From a virus, in the IMG/VR virus record IMGVR_UViG_3300001681_000071, positions 15,173-79,172 of that record: a stretch of 64,000 bases of DNA; one strand, 5' to 3'. The notes beneath the pieces were generated by a model. The model saw nothing but the letters and a program-made list of their open reading frames with translations, did no database searches and was not told where the DNA came from. This document shows, one piece after another, positions 26,028-36,353 of this stretch. Each line of letters opens with the position of its first letter. The first letter of the stretch is position 1. A program made the position numbers and the translations under genes.

Positions 26028-27452
26028 TTAAACAGTTGGTGCCTGACTTTTATAAGGGTGTGTGGGTTGCAATAGCCCCTGAAGTCCGTATCGCCAAGCC
26101 AAGTATCCTTCAAACTTCTGCCTATCTGGTATAGACAATTCACCACGAACAAGTATAACCTCCGCAATTCGTCCCTCAAATCTCGTTGTTGAGCTACCAA
26201 TCCCCATATACAACGCATCTGCATTATCTGCCCCAACGGGAGCGGTTGTAAAATTACCGTATTGACTACCATTACGCCAAAATCCAAACTTCTGTGCTGT
26301 TACGGTACTATCTTTATTGGTGACAATTCCTTGAAGTTGGAATGTGCCAAGAGAAGTGGCGTTATCACTACTTGTCTCTTTATCACTACCCCCTGTTCCC
26401 CATCTGTATTGCAAACATTCATCATTGACACCCCCATTATCATAGATCGAAGCCTCATAACTGTCTCCTTTCCATACTATCCCACTTCTTAACGGTGCTA
26501 CTGAGCCAGGAGAAGCCCATGCGTCGTTCTTTGCCACCCATAAAACGCTAAGACCAGTGGAATTAAGGTCAAGTGAAGTGGAATCAATAGCCGTAAGAAA
26601 GGAAGCTAAACCATCAAATTCAATAGCCGGTAATGAGTTTACCGCATTTGAAATGTATTCTGGCCTAGAACCAGGAACGGCTTGAGAAAGATCATTACTA
26701 TAGGCTGTATTATCCGTCCAAGCAGAAACACGATCTTTACCATCTACAGACACTGTAGTTACATTTGCGGCATCAGCTCTCCACCAAGCAGCAAGTGTTC
26801 CAGTAAAGTCTCCGGGTGCCCACAATGCGGGAGACTCACCCGTTGCGGTGTATTCATACGTTGTAAAGTTATCAATATATGTAGTCCCGCTTTCAATATG
26901 CATACCGGGCTGACCAGTTACAAGCCTCTCCGCTGTAGTGTCACCAGTATTTATGACCACTTCTTCATCAATCAATAATTGCAGTGTGACTTGGGTTGTT
27001 CCATAACAGCGGAATTCCATGGTGTGCTTAGAGCCAACCGAAGTAGCATCAGAAGAGATAGAAGAAGCAGCAATAGTTAAATCTACGTCATCAATCCTTC
27101 TAACAATCTTAAACGAAGCGTCAGAATTATCAAACCCTCCAAAGTACCCATACTTGGCACTATTCAAGCCAGCACTGGAACTTGTGAACGTATGCGTTCT
27201 AGCCATAAGCGATAGATTTCCAGCAGTAAACAAAGCGGTATTAGAAGGCCAAGCATATTCAATCTGAACCGAGTAATGGTCTTTAGCCCAAGCTGTAGAG
27301 GTATTTAGATAAGTGGACAGGTAGTCTTCATTCGTTGCCGAAACTCCGGAGCTACCCACCAGAACCTTGCCGGTCAGGACACCAGTTGGGTCATCTATGG
27401 TTCCCCATCCACCAATACCATGCCAATTGCTCTTAGCCATTTTAGACTCCAA
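26028..27452 (-). CDS. virion protein with ConA/LamG-like lectin domains (receptor-binding candidate)
   Basis: LAAWWRAD, VSAWTD, PAIEFDG, FEGRIAEVIL, EGYLAWRYGL. Confidence 0.7.
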   Translation of the reverse strand: MESKMAKSNWHGIGGWGTIDDPTGVLTGKVLVGSSGVSATNEDYLSTYLNTSTAWAKDHYSVQIEYAWPSNTALFTAGNLSLMARTHTFTSSSAGLNSAKYGYFGGFDNSDASFKIVRRIDDVDLTIAASSISSDATSVGSKHTMEFRCYGTTQVTLQLLIDEEVVINTGDTTAERLVTGQPGMHIESGTTYIDNFTTYEYTATGESPALWAPGDFTGTLAAWWRADAANVTTVSVDGKDRVSAWTDNTAYSNDLSQAVPGSRPEYISNAVNSLPAIEFDGLASFLTAIDSTSLDLNSTGLSVLWVAKNDAWASPGSVAPLRSGIVWKGDSYEASIYDNGGVNDECLQYRWGTGGSDKETSSDNATSLGTFQLQGIVTNKDSTVTAQKFGFWRNGSQYGNFTTAPVGADNADALYMGIGSSTTRFEGRIAEVILVRGELSIPDRQKFEGYLAWRYGLQGLLQPTHPYKSQAPTV

Positions 27453-27502
27453 ACTTTATTTGAAAGTATATCCTTTTGTTTTCCAATTCACACACGCCAA
27501 TC

Positions 27503-27739
27503 TCAATGTTTGCTATCCTTCCCCTTTTTCTTCCCGGCTTTTGGATTTGTTTTTTCCCCAACATAAATCTTGTCTACGCATTCCGACCATATCAGAATGT
27601 ACTTAGCAGTAGTATTGGGAACAATATTATCAACCACACCATACGGAAGATCCAAGCGTAGCATATCTGTTGTAGGGCATTTAGAATACCCCTGGCACAC
27701 TATGGCTGAACCACCTTTAAGGTAAACAACGACCATCAT
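27503..27739 (-). CDS. hypothetical protein
   Basis: 78-aa ORF between tail genes. Confidence 0.45.
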   Translation of the reverse strand: MMVVVYLKGGSAIVCQGYSKCPTTDMLRLDLPYGVVDNIVPNTTAKYILIWSECVDKIYVGEKTNPKAGKKKGKDSKH

Positions 27740-27752
27740 TTCATTTTAATAA

Positions 27753-29513
27753 TTATGTTTTAACAATGTCATACACGAACAGTAAGACTTCCGTATTTAG
27801 ATCACCACCAGATCCGCCAAATGTAACAGTTGTAGTGCCAAGGGAACTTGCAACAGTATATTCTGAGGAATCTACCGGACCAGAAGCAACCAGCTTGCAG
27901 AAAACACCGTTCACGAACGCCATCACACTATTAACATCTACAGTATCCGTAAGAAGTGCATATGCGAGATTAGCATTACCCACCGTTGCCTCTTGCTTTC
28001 TTTTAATTCCCATCTTGACATAAGTGACAGCATTATTAGCCAGTTTGGCTGTGCTAACAGACCCATCTGCGAGACTACTTCCACCAGTAAACTGAGAGAA
28101 TCCCATGGCAGTTGTACCAACAGTTACAGTGCTATCATTAGTTGAGATGAAGCCCTGATCTGCACCGGCTGTTCCTTCACGAACGAAAACAGCCCCACCG
28201 ATAATCTTAGCGGAGGTATCGAAATCGGTGGCTCGTGTCAAAATAAACGCAGCACCCACCGCGCCAGCATTGGTAACTACATAAATACCGTTTCTTAGAG
28301 CGTTACCAGCAGTTTCATTCTTAATCAATACACGAGTTGTTCCAGCGACAAAAGCAGTAACAGCATCAATTGTAAGTGTTCCACTTGCATTGGCTGTAAT
28401 GGTCGCTCCAACCCCACTGGCTCCGTTAGCGTAGGTATTTGCCGGTAACACGGCAGCAGTTGCACATTTCACTGAATCTTTCCAGTGTACTCCAGTAAGT
28501 AGTGAAGCCACATATCCGACTGTTGCAACATCATTATCATTAGGAGATGCGGAGGGAGTTGGGGAACGAAGGTATGTTGCCCCAGAGAGATCCCAATTCT
28601 GACCAGAAATGTTCAGGTTTCCGGAAGTGATAGCAGCAGTGGCAATCTTTCCCGCTGTAACAGCACTACCACTAATCCTATCTGCCGTTACACAGTTATC
28701 GGCTAATTCTCCACCAGTAACACAGTTTGCTGCTAGTTCGGAAGTACCAACAGCACCAGTGCCAATGCCAGCAGCAAGAACCGCGCCAGCGGCTATCTGA
28801 GTTGATGTAACCGCTCCAGTAGCGAGTTGAACGTTTGTGATTGTAGCATTTACAATCTTTGCTGCTGTTATTGTAGTGTTTGCAATCTGGGTGGCTGTGA
28901 TTGTAGCATTTGCAATCTTTGCTGCTGTTATTGTAGTATTAGCGATCTGAGTGTCTGTAATTGTAGTATTCGCAATCTGACCGGCTGTGATTGTAAGGTT
29001 TGCGATCTTTGCTGATGTGACAGCTAAGTTATTGATAGCATCGGTGCCAACCGCACTACTAGCAATACTAGCAGCGATAACCGCGCCAGCACCAAGCTTC
29101 GTTGAAGTTACAGCACCAGTGGCAAGTTCGGTTGCTGTGATCGTAGTAGCTGCTATCTGCGCAGATGTGACTGTATTATCTGCTATCTGTCCGGCTGTAA
29201 CTGTCTTATTCGCAAGCTGCGTGGATGTGATTGTATTATTCGCAATCTGCGTAGCTGTGATTGTAAGATTTGCGATCTTACCACCTGTGACAGCTAGGTT
29301 ATTGATTGCAAGAGTGCCAACGGCATTATTAGCAATACCAGCAGCGACAACTGCGCCATTCGCAAGCTTCGTTGAAGTTACAGCGCCAGTGGCAATAGCA
29401 TCAGCAACAACGGCATCATCTGCCAGTTCGGCTGATCCTACTGCATTGGAGGCAATTAAAGCCTGAGTGACTGCATTATTCTTAATCTGGAAGGTGCTAA
29501 GTTGAATAGCCAT
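27753..29513 (-). CDS. tail fibre-like protein with decapeptide repeats
   Basis: many ITAxKIANxT repeats; C-terminal WKDSVKCAT..RVLIKNE..NGIYVVT..LTRATDFD domain typical of phage fibres. Confidence 0.75.
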   Translation of the reverse strand: MAIQLSTFQIKNNAVTQALIASNAVGSAELADDAVVADAIATGAVTSTKLANGAVVAAGIANNAVGTLAINNLAVTGGKIANLTITATQIANNTITSTQLANKTVTAGQIADNTVTSAQIAATTITATELATGAVTSTKLGAGAVIAASIASSAVGTDAINNLAVTSAKIANLTITAGQIANTTITDTQIANTTITAAKIANATITATQIANTTITAAKIVNATITNVQLATGAVTSTQIAAGAVLAAGIGTGAVGTSELAANCVTGGELADNCVTADRISGSAVTAGKIATAAITSGNLNISGQNWDLSGATYLRSPTPSASPNDNDVATVGYVASLLTGVHWKDSVKCATAAVLPANTYANGASGVGATITANASGTLTIDAVTAFVAGTTRVLIKNETAGNALRNGIYVVTNAGAVGAAFILTRATDFDTSAKIIGGAVFVREGTAGADQGFISTNDSTVTVGTTAMGFSQFTGGSSLADGSVSTAKLANNAVTYVKMGIKRKQEATVGNANLAYALLTDTVDVNSVMAFVNGVFCKLVASGPVDSSEYTVASSLGTTTVTFGGSGGDLNTEVLLFVYDIVKT

Positions 29514-29605
29514 GGTATTCCCCGGTGTAAATCATTCATTCAATGAATTATTATCACATATAATCGTCATGCCCACTCAATATGTAGAATCTCAACAACT
29601 TGTTG

Positions 29606-30658
29606 TTAGACAAGCTCTTGGTAGTCCACGAGCAATTCATCTCCAAAAGCCGGTAAAAAGGTGGTCGTAAAAGTGGTGTTATTATTTATTATGATCTCTG
29701 GCGAAGCTCCAGAAGAACTCTGGCGTACACCGTTCCAATATACATGTATTGGGCAATCGGCTCTAAAACTCTGCGTTGTTGTAAACGAAGTGGCTATTCC
29801 ATCGGCTTGTGCGCTAAGGTTCTCCGTTTCAATACTACAATTCGCAGTAACAGAGCCAGGAATACTTGGAGCTACGCCTTCTGACCATAAATCTCCGCCA
29901 AAGCCTTCAATACCCATGGGAACTATTGTCTGAGGTTCTTGTAGCTTATTGGATGCGACGGTCCATTCCACGCTTGTGCCAGCATACCAATTCTCAACAC
30001 TGGCTTCTGGGGATCCGCTTATATTCTCTTGTATGAAATTGCTGTACGAGATCGTTGTAGCGGTTCCGGCATACCATTCTGTATAGCCTTTTGTACTATT
30101 GAAGAATTCAACCCCTTGGTTATTAGATGTTCTCCACCCCAAACCACTATTGCTAACTATCTTCACGCTCTCAAAAACTGGAGTTCCAGTGGTAATGGCG
30201 TATGTTCTTGCCTGTGCCACCCGATCCTGTTGGCTGTTAGAGCTATTCATGCTAAACCTTTTAGACCATGCAGCAAGTGTAAGTGGTGTCGTAGAAGTCG
30301 CTATGTCCACCTTTGAGGTATAAGAATCAGTAACAAGCACCAACCACTCATAATCGTCCCTAATCAATGTAAAGTCCTCAACCCGACCCATTGGGGTGGA
30401 CTTACGAAGAATAAACGAGCCTTCGCCATTTGTTCTATCGTTTGCAAGAAACATTAACGCTTCCATAGTTGTTGCCGGATCTACGATTGTAGAAGACAAC
30501 GAATCGTACTCTACAAGAGACAATGAATCGAATGACGTTCCACCATCAGGATTTCGTATATCAGGAGGAAGCACTTGTTTTAAACTGTCTTTCAGGCCAT
30601 CAAACACAGAGTTTAGTTCTGCTGCCGTGTAATCCTCTCTATCTTGTGTAAGTGCCAT
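29606..30658 (-). CDS. putative virion structural protein
   Basis: position in tail operon; C-terminal VYWNGVRQ beta domain. Confidence 0.55.
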   Translation of the reverse strand: MALTQDREDYTAAELNSVFDGLKDSLKQVLPPDIRNPDGGTSFDSLSLVEYDSLSSTIVDPATTMEALMFLANDRTNGEGSFILRKSTPMGRVEDFTLIRDDYEWLVLVTDSYTSKVDIATSTTPLTLAAWSKRFSMNSSNSQQDRVAQARTYAITTGTPVFESVKIVSNSGLGWRTSNNQGVEFFNSTKGYTEWYAGTATTISYSNFIQENISGSPEASVENWYAGTSVEWTVASNKLQEPQTIVPMGIEGFGGDLWSEGVAPSIPGSVTANCSIETENLSAQADGIATSFTTTQSFRADCPIHVYWNGVRQSSSGASPEIIINNNTTFTTTFLPAFGDELLVDYQELV

Positions 30659-30667
30659 CTTATAATC

Positions 30668-32338
30668 CTATGCTATACGGTCATACAACAACCACATCCT
30701 CAAACCTATAACAAGCCTACCACGTTGATACTCAATCTTCTCTATTGTGGATTTAATCTCGGAAAGACCTAATTTTTCGTCAGTAATCTTTACATTATCT
30801 CCCAATTGAACCATAAACATCAATGCCGGAGATCCTTCGTATTCTACATAATAAGATGGAAGACTAAAATGAGATGCCAGCCAATCAGCAACGTATTGGG
30901 CGGTAGCATCATCATGGATAATCACACTTTCTAACGGTTCTCTTTCTCTAAGACCCAATCGGCTTTCTGAAATTTTGCAAAACACATTGTTCGATGAATT
31001 GACCGTTATAATCTTTTCATGGTTATTGGTAATACCGTTAAATGAATATTTCAGAACATATGAATTGTAAATGTCTTCTTTAGAGGACTCTTGTACGGAA
31101 GAGGCCCTATCATACAAGAGATTTTGTCCAACTATCAGTTCCTCAACATACACAGGGCTACTTCTATTTGTAAATACAGGCCCATAACCACGACCACTGT
31201 AGGCCATACTAATCATTGGAAAACTACTACATATTGTGGACTCGATATAATCTATCGCTGTAGCTATATCGTTCTCTCCGCTGGCGTTTATCAGCAATTG
31301 TGCCAGTAATGTCGGACATTTCGTCTTGGCTCTTGAAAAAAGGTTCTCGTCTACACCAACAGGGCCATATAAAGTCATTGTCCGTATAATATCTTCTATT
31401 AATTCAATAACAATTCTCTCTGACCCATCAGAGCGTTCAACATAAACGTAGACCGATACATCTTTGTAGTAGCTATGGCTTTGGTTTAGAATGCTAACTT
31501 CCAGATACTTTATTCCATTAGCCGAGAAAGCATCACTAACAGTTACGATATTGAGAACCTGTGGAAGCTCTTCTCCATCAACAAAAACAGTCGTTACTCG
31601 ATGTTGGTGCCCTAAACAAACAACAAATTTATGTTGATACGAGCCAGTTGATAGGTCTTCTCTAAGAACACCAATACATGGCACACCAGAAGTATTTCTG
31701 TCCATTACAATTGGGAATCTAAACCCAATGGAATCTTCTGGTATTGATGCTCCTTTAGTATAATTTCCGAAGGAATTTTCGTCACAGATGTATTGTGGCT
31801 GGATCTTATCAAATGTTATCTTTGGATCAATAACATCAAATTCCAATGGCTCATCACTTGTGCCAAAGACCACACCACCAGACATATCTCCTTTCAACAA
31901 AACGTAACGAGACTCATATTCTCCATCTGGTATTTGCAAACTTATCTCAGCAAACCCAGTTATTAAATCACCACCAAGAACAACCGCCATTGGATCAAGC
32001 GTCCTGGCATCAATACTAACAACAAAAGAACGCTGAGATGCAGCACCAGAACCCAATGTGTAGGAAGAGCTTATGGTTGGCTCTGCTATGAGCTTAGGCG
32101 CATAATAGTGACTTTTTGAGTTCTTATCTATCGTTGAAATGCTATCGGTTGCGACTGAAATTCTATGACCGTTCCCGAAAACAAAATCCATAGTCATGAC
32201 AACATTGGTCATGCCGGGGTCTTTCGTTATAATATCTAACCAATAAGAATTGATGACATTTACTGAAAAAACACGATTAAACACAATAGATCGCAAGTCT
32301 CTAAAACTATAGACCCCACCAGCACTAGTAACCGTCAT
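30668..32338 (-). CDS. putative tail tip/hub protein
   Basis: downstream of tape measure; C-terminal VQLGDNVKITD motif. Confidence 0.6.
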   Translation of the reverse strand: MTVTSAGGVYSFRDLRSIVFNRVFSVNVINSYWLDIITKDPGMTNVVMTMDFVFGNGHRISVATDSISTIDKNSKSHYYAPKLIAEPTISSSYTLGSGAASQRSFVVSIDARTLDPMAVVLGGDLITGFAEISLQIPDGEYESRYVLLKGDMSGGVVFGTSDEPLEFDVIDPKITFDKIQPQYICDENSFGNYTKGASIPEDSIGFRFPIVMDRNTSGVPCIGVLREDLSTGSYQHKFVVCLGHQHRVTTVFVDGEELPQVLNIVTVSDAFSANGIKYLEVSILNQSHSYYKDVSVYVYVERSDGSERIVIELIEDIIRTMTLYGPVGVDENLFSRAKTKCPTLLAQLLINASGENDIATAIDYIESTICSSFPMISMAYSGRGYGPVFTNRSSPVYVEELIVGQNLLYDRASSVQESSKEDIYNSYVLKYSFNGITNNHEKIITVNSSNNVFCKISESRLGLREREPLESVIIHDDATAQYVADWLASHFSLPSYYVEYEGSPALMFMVQLGDNVKITDEKLGLSEIKSTIEKIEYQRGRLVIGLRMWLLYDRIA

Positions 32339-35300
32339 TAAACAACTTCCTGTAAGCTAATGGACATATTGCCAATTGGTTTCCATTGAAGATTGCGTTG
32401 ATCATAGTACCAACCTTCATTATCCAGAGAAGTAGAGCCGTTATACTTAGATAAAATTAGATTGTCCGTCCTTTCCTTCGTAAAACCATTGAAGAACACA
32501 ATTGGCCTTTTAGAATAGCTAGATAAACTTCTCAACGAATCTCTTATTTTAAGTCTTTCCTCTTCACTCACATCGCCAACGATACTGAGGGTTAACTCTC
32601 GATTTGGTGGCCCTTCGTTGTAGCACCAGTAAACCCCACTACGGGTGGTGAATTCTGTTTGGTTAGGGGTCTCCTCGTCTGAATATGCCCAATCAAGAGG
32701 AACATTAAAGTCAAACTTCTGACCACCTACAATGGTTCCTATTCGCACATGCCCTTCATATGTATAAGGCGTAGTAGATGCCAACCTAAAGATAGGCAAA
32801 TGAACCATATTATCAAATTCAACTACAGAACGGTCTGCAAAAATCGCAACTGAAGTTCCAACCATAGATGCTTGAGAAATCTTACTTACATCTGGTGCTT
32901 CAAACGTGAAAGAGTCGGATCCAATATGATTATCAATCTTAAACACAGCATTTGTTGGATAATAAAAGGTATCTGCCGTATTTGTTATTTCTAAGTAGAA
33001 CGATCTTTTATCGGAAGAAGATAATGACCCACCACGAACAATGTCCTCGTTTTCAGTACCAGCATATCCGGCACCAAAATAATCAATGACCCAAACTCCT
33101 TCCGTTACACTGGAAACACGACCAGTAATGATTGTTGCATCAAAATCTTTAGATGTTGTAATCACAGTAGCAGCAGTAGAACGATAGGAAACTGTCCCCC
33201 TACGAATGTTTGTATTGAATAAAGCAACACACCGATGACTAAATACCTTGTCATTTGGTGCTTTAAAATCCAACACTACACTTGAAGGAGAGGTCTCTGA
33301 TCTAAACATGGTTCTTGGAGAAGCAAAAGCGACAGCATTTTTAGAACTATATGAAAAGGCATTTGAGGCAGAGTAAGAGTCTCCATCCATTCCACCTGTT
33401 CCTCCCCACACAATCTCTATCTTATCGTTCATTAATACAGGTTCTCCTGTCATTAGCTTTCCGCGTGGAACATCTTTACGTTCCACATACTTCCATGGGC
33501 TTGTTGCGATACCGCTAAAATCACTATGTAGCTGACACATCAAGGCAGAGGAAGTTAAATCATTCGACCTATGAACACCGAAGTTTTGGAATTCAATAAC
33601 AGTAGGGCCGCTAGGAGCAACAGTCGGTGTGTGTGGAAATAATCCGAATGAAACTGCTTGGTGCCACGGATTTGTTGTAGTGGAATTAACAAAAGATGGA
33701 GCAACATAATCGCTATCTGATGTTGTAGTTGATGACTTTGGGTAAACCATTGGAGTAGAGTACCAAGTCTCTGTTCCCTTTTTCCGAGCCATTAAAAGAC
33801 ACGCAGTTCTAATATTGGGATTGGCCTTAGTTGCCGACCAAACGCCTTGAACGGATAATGGATACCATCCCCACCTAAATTCAACAAAGCTGTCTTTAAA
33901 GAAATCAGTGCTTGGGCTTATAGTAGCTAATGCTATGTTCTGTCTTTCATCCCAAATTATTGCATAGCTTTTTCTAAGTCGAACACTACATCTAACTAGT
34001 GCGCCCTTAAAGTATGGTGGTGTCGTTACTGGCGGTTCCCATATACTCATAGAATCTAACATAAAACTATTGAGACTAATCCCAGCAATCAGTGTAGTAT
34101 TTTGAACTACAGAAGATGTATTTTCACGACGGATTTTTGAGGTCCATACTATACAAGAGCCATGCCCATTAGTTGCTGGGATACTTACATCTGGTGGCGG
34201 TGCCGTACTCCACCAATAACCAGAATTATACGGACTTATTGTCCCCGCATTATCTGGTACAAAGCACCAATTAACATCTGGCGTGGCCTGGTTTCTATAG
34301 ATCCCAAGTGGATTAACAGCACTGACGCTCGCGTCATAATCATACTGACATATACCGGCAGAAGGGGACCAAACTGTGTTGTTGTTCCATGTAGATCCAT
34401 TTCTGAAAGGGTATGCACCAACCCCCGGATCTTGGAATGTATATGCTGCATATGTTTCAACATTGTATGCAATATTAGCTAATTTCAAGCTTTCGGTAGT
34501 TAGATTTTGTGTGCAATATCTAATGCTTCTCTTAAAAGGAGTATTAAGGGAAGAGTTGGTTGGAGTATTGTTCTCAGCCGGTGAGCCAATTGTTATGTCC
34601 CAATAAGGAGCGAAAATAGCGCCTTTTGGTTGCCAAGGATTTAATTCATCTAAAGACTTCTTACCCATTAGAAAAGAGTCAGGATAGTTACCAGCATTAA
34701 ATGACCGTACAGGAGCTATTGACCATCCACCCATCTTGTAATAAAAAATAAGAGCTAAGTTTGAATTTATGCCGGTGTTTCTATCGTATGCCTTATGAAA
34801 GAAAGAGAGAGATCCACCAGCCCAAAAGAGTTTTCCAACAGCCGGTAAATGGCGTATAGCACAGTTAAACCCAGTAATTCCGAACTCCGTGTCGCTACTG
34901 TCTACTGACCCAAGTGCTGTCCAGTTTACTTCTTGGAGGTTAGATCCTAACGGTATCCTCTCCATATTATATTCTATGGCATCACTGGTATTCTCAACAT
35001 TCAAATAATTATTCCTCTGACATAGATGAGAATAATAAATGACTAAATGAGCATCGGTTTTGCACATAAAGGGCTTCTCCGACCCCCACGAACCACGATG
35101 ATGTATGTTTAGATTTTCTTGACCCTGAAAAGCACCTGATCCGGTAGCCATATACCCGGTATAGGCCATAATCCCATTTTGGCTAAGATTTATATAGCTA
35201 TCATAATCTTCTAAAAATGGATTTGGATCTGCTGATTCTGTTCTCTCAAACCATACATCAACATCTGGCTTAACCATTAGAACAAAGGTTCCGCTATCGT

Positions 35301-36351
35301 CTGCCGATGAAACATCGAACGACCACTTTGGGCCATTAAAATCAACTGTGCCCGGAACTATATCAAATTGATTTGTTAGACCCCAACTGGATCCACCATC
35401 AATACTAACCAACCCCAATAGATACCAAGAGTCAATAAACTCCAAATCAGACCTGCTACCAAACGGAGTAGAAGCTACGGTAACATCTTCTCGTCCAGCT
35501 ACTGTTTCTGTATTTTTAGATGACGGGTCTTTGACTTCTCTTGCTGTATTAGCCGATACATACTCAACACACACAATTCGCAAGTAGTAACCGCTTGATA
35601 CAAGCCTTATCTCGTCAAGTCCAGCAGCTTTTCTACCAAGAAATCTTGATGTGACCCTATCGCAAATTGCTGTCCACTCCAATCCGTCTTCAGAAGAAAA
35701 AATAGTTATGTCATTATTGCTTATGATTGCCATTCTGAACGTACCGTCAGGCATTACGCAAACATCAATACCGTGATATGGCAATTTATGTTGTGATAAC
35801 TGTTTTGACGATGTTCTTATCTGCCAATTGCTTGCTGTTGTCCAAGACTGTTCGTAATTAGACGCCCCTGCATTTCGGTATCGCGTCTGAATAGATCCAG
35901 TAGGATAGCGCGTTGAAGCCAAGTTCTTATATGTGTATAAGTATTCTTTTTTCAATTTGGGATTGTATACAGCAGCCAGCGAATTCATTTGAAAACTTGC
36001 TGCCCCACTATCAAACGGGTCTGAAAAGTCATGGCGATACCGTATATCGTGCTGACCATAGTAGTTATCGTCGCTCTTGGTCTTGTCTTTCCACGTCCAA
36101 GTTGCTTCTCCCAACGAACCGCTTGTTTGTGCTCTTAAATCATACTCTGTAGACTGTGTTGGTACTCCCATAGCAAAAGCTGAGTTGTTGCCTAAATTCG
36201 TGCTTGCTGGCGTTATGCTGGGTGAAATCAATGCTGGCTTGGTTGGAACCGCTAAAGGAGCATTTGCCGAAGTCATCACCTCTGCTTCCGTTAGCAGTGG
36301 GTCTGGAAGAATAAAGAACTGAGTAACATTATTTGACGAAAATAGTGGCAT
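32338..36351 (-). CDS. large tail/baseplate protein
   Basis: 1337 aa, beta-rich, immediately after tape measure. Confidence 0.6.
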   Translation of the reverse strand: MPLFSSNNVTQFFILPDPLLTEAEVMTSANAPLAVPTKPALISPSITPASTNLGNNSAFAMGVPTQSTEYDLRAQTSGSLGEATWTWKDKTKSDDNYYGQHDIRYRHDFSDPFDSGAASFQMNSLAAVYNPKLKKEYLYTYKNLASTRYPTGSIQTRYRNAGASNYEQSWTTASNWQIRTSSKQLSQHKLPYHGIDVCVMPDGTFRMAIISNNDITIFSSEDGLEWTAICDRVTSRFLGRKAAGLDEIRLVSSGYYLRIVCVEYVSANTAREVKDPSSKNTETVAGREDVTVASTPFGSRSDLEFIDSWYLLGLVSIDGGSSWGLTNQFDIVPGTVDFNGPKWSFDVSSADDSGTFVLMVKPDVDVWFERTESADPNPFLEDYDSYINLSQNGIMAYTGYMATGSGAFQGQENLNIHHRGSWGSEKPFMCKTDAHLVIYYSHLCQRNNYLNVENTSDAIEYNMERIPLGSNLQEVNWTALGSVDSSDTEFGITGFNCAIRHLPAVGKLFWAGGSLSFFHKAYDRNTGINSNLALIFYYKMGGWSIAPVRSFNAGNYPDSFLMGKKSLDELNPWQPKGAIFAPYWDITIGSPAENNTPTNSSLNTPFKRSIRYCTQNLTTESLKLANIAYNVETYAAYTFQDPGVGAYPFRNGSTWNNNTVWSPSAGICQYDYDASVSAVNPLGIYRNQATPDVNWCFVPDNAGTISPYNSGYWWSTAPPPDVSIPATNGHGSCIVWTSKIRRENTSSVVQNTTLIAGISLNSFMLDSMSIWEPPVTTPPYFKGALVRCSVRLRKSYAIIWDERQNIALATISPSTDFFKDSFVEFRWGWYPLSVQGVWSATKANPNIRTACLLMARKKGTETWYSTPMVYPKSSTTTSDSDYVAPSFVNSTTTNPWHQAVSFGLFPHTPTVAPSGPTVIEFQNFGVHRSNDLTSSALMCQLHSDFSGIATSPWKYVERKDVPRGKLMTGEPVLMNDKIEIVWGGTGGMDGDSYSASNAFSYSSKNAVAFASPRTMFRSETSPSSVVLDFKAPNDKVFSHRCVALFNTNIRRGTVSYRSTAATVITTSKDFDATIITGRVSSVTEGVWVIDYFGAGYAGTENEDIVRGGSLSSSDKRSFYLEITNTADTFYYPTNAVFKIDNHIGSDSFTFEAPDVSKISQASMVGTSVAIFADRSVVEFDNMVHLPIFRLASTTPYTYEGHVRIGTIVGGQKFDFNVPLDWAYSDEETPNQTEFTTRSGVYWCYNEGPPNRELTLSIVGDVSEEERLKIRDSLRSLSSYSKRPIVFFNGFTKERTDNLILSKYNGSTSLDNEGWYYDQRNLQWKPIGNMSISLQEVV

Positions 36352-36353
36352 TA

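Noticed and set aside
28609-29466. + strand ORFs opposite the fibre gene, including a Cys-rich one
   Set aside because: By-products of the 30-bp repeats.
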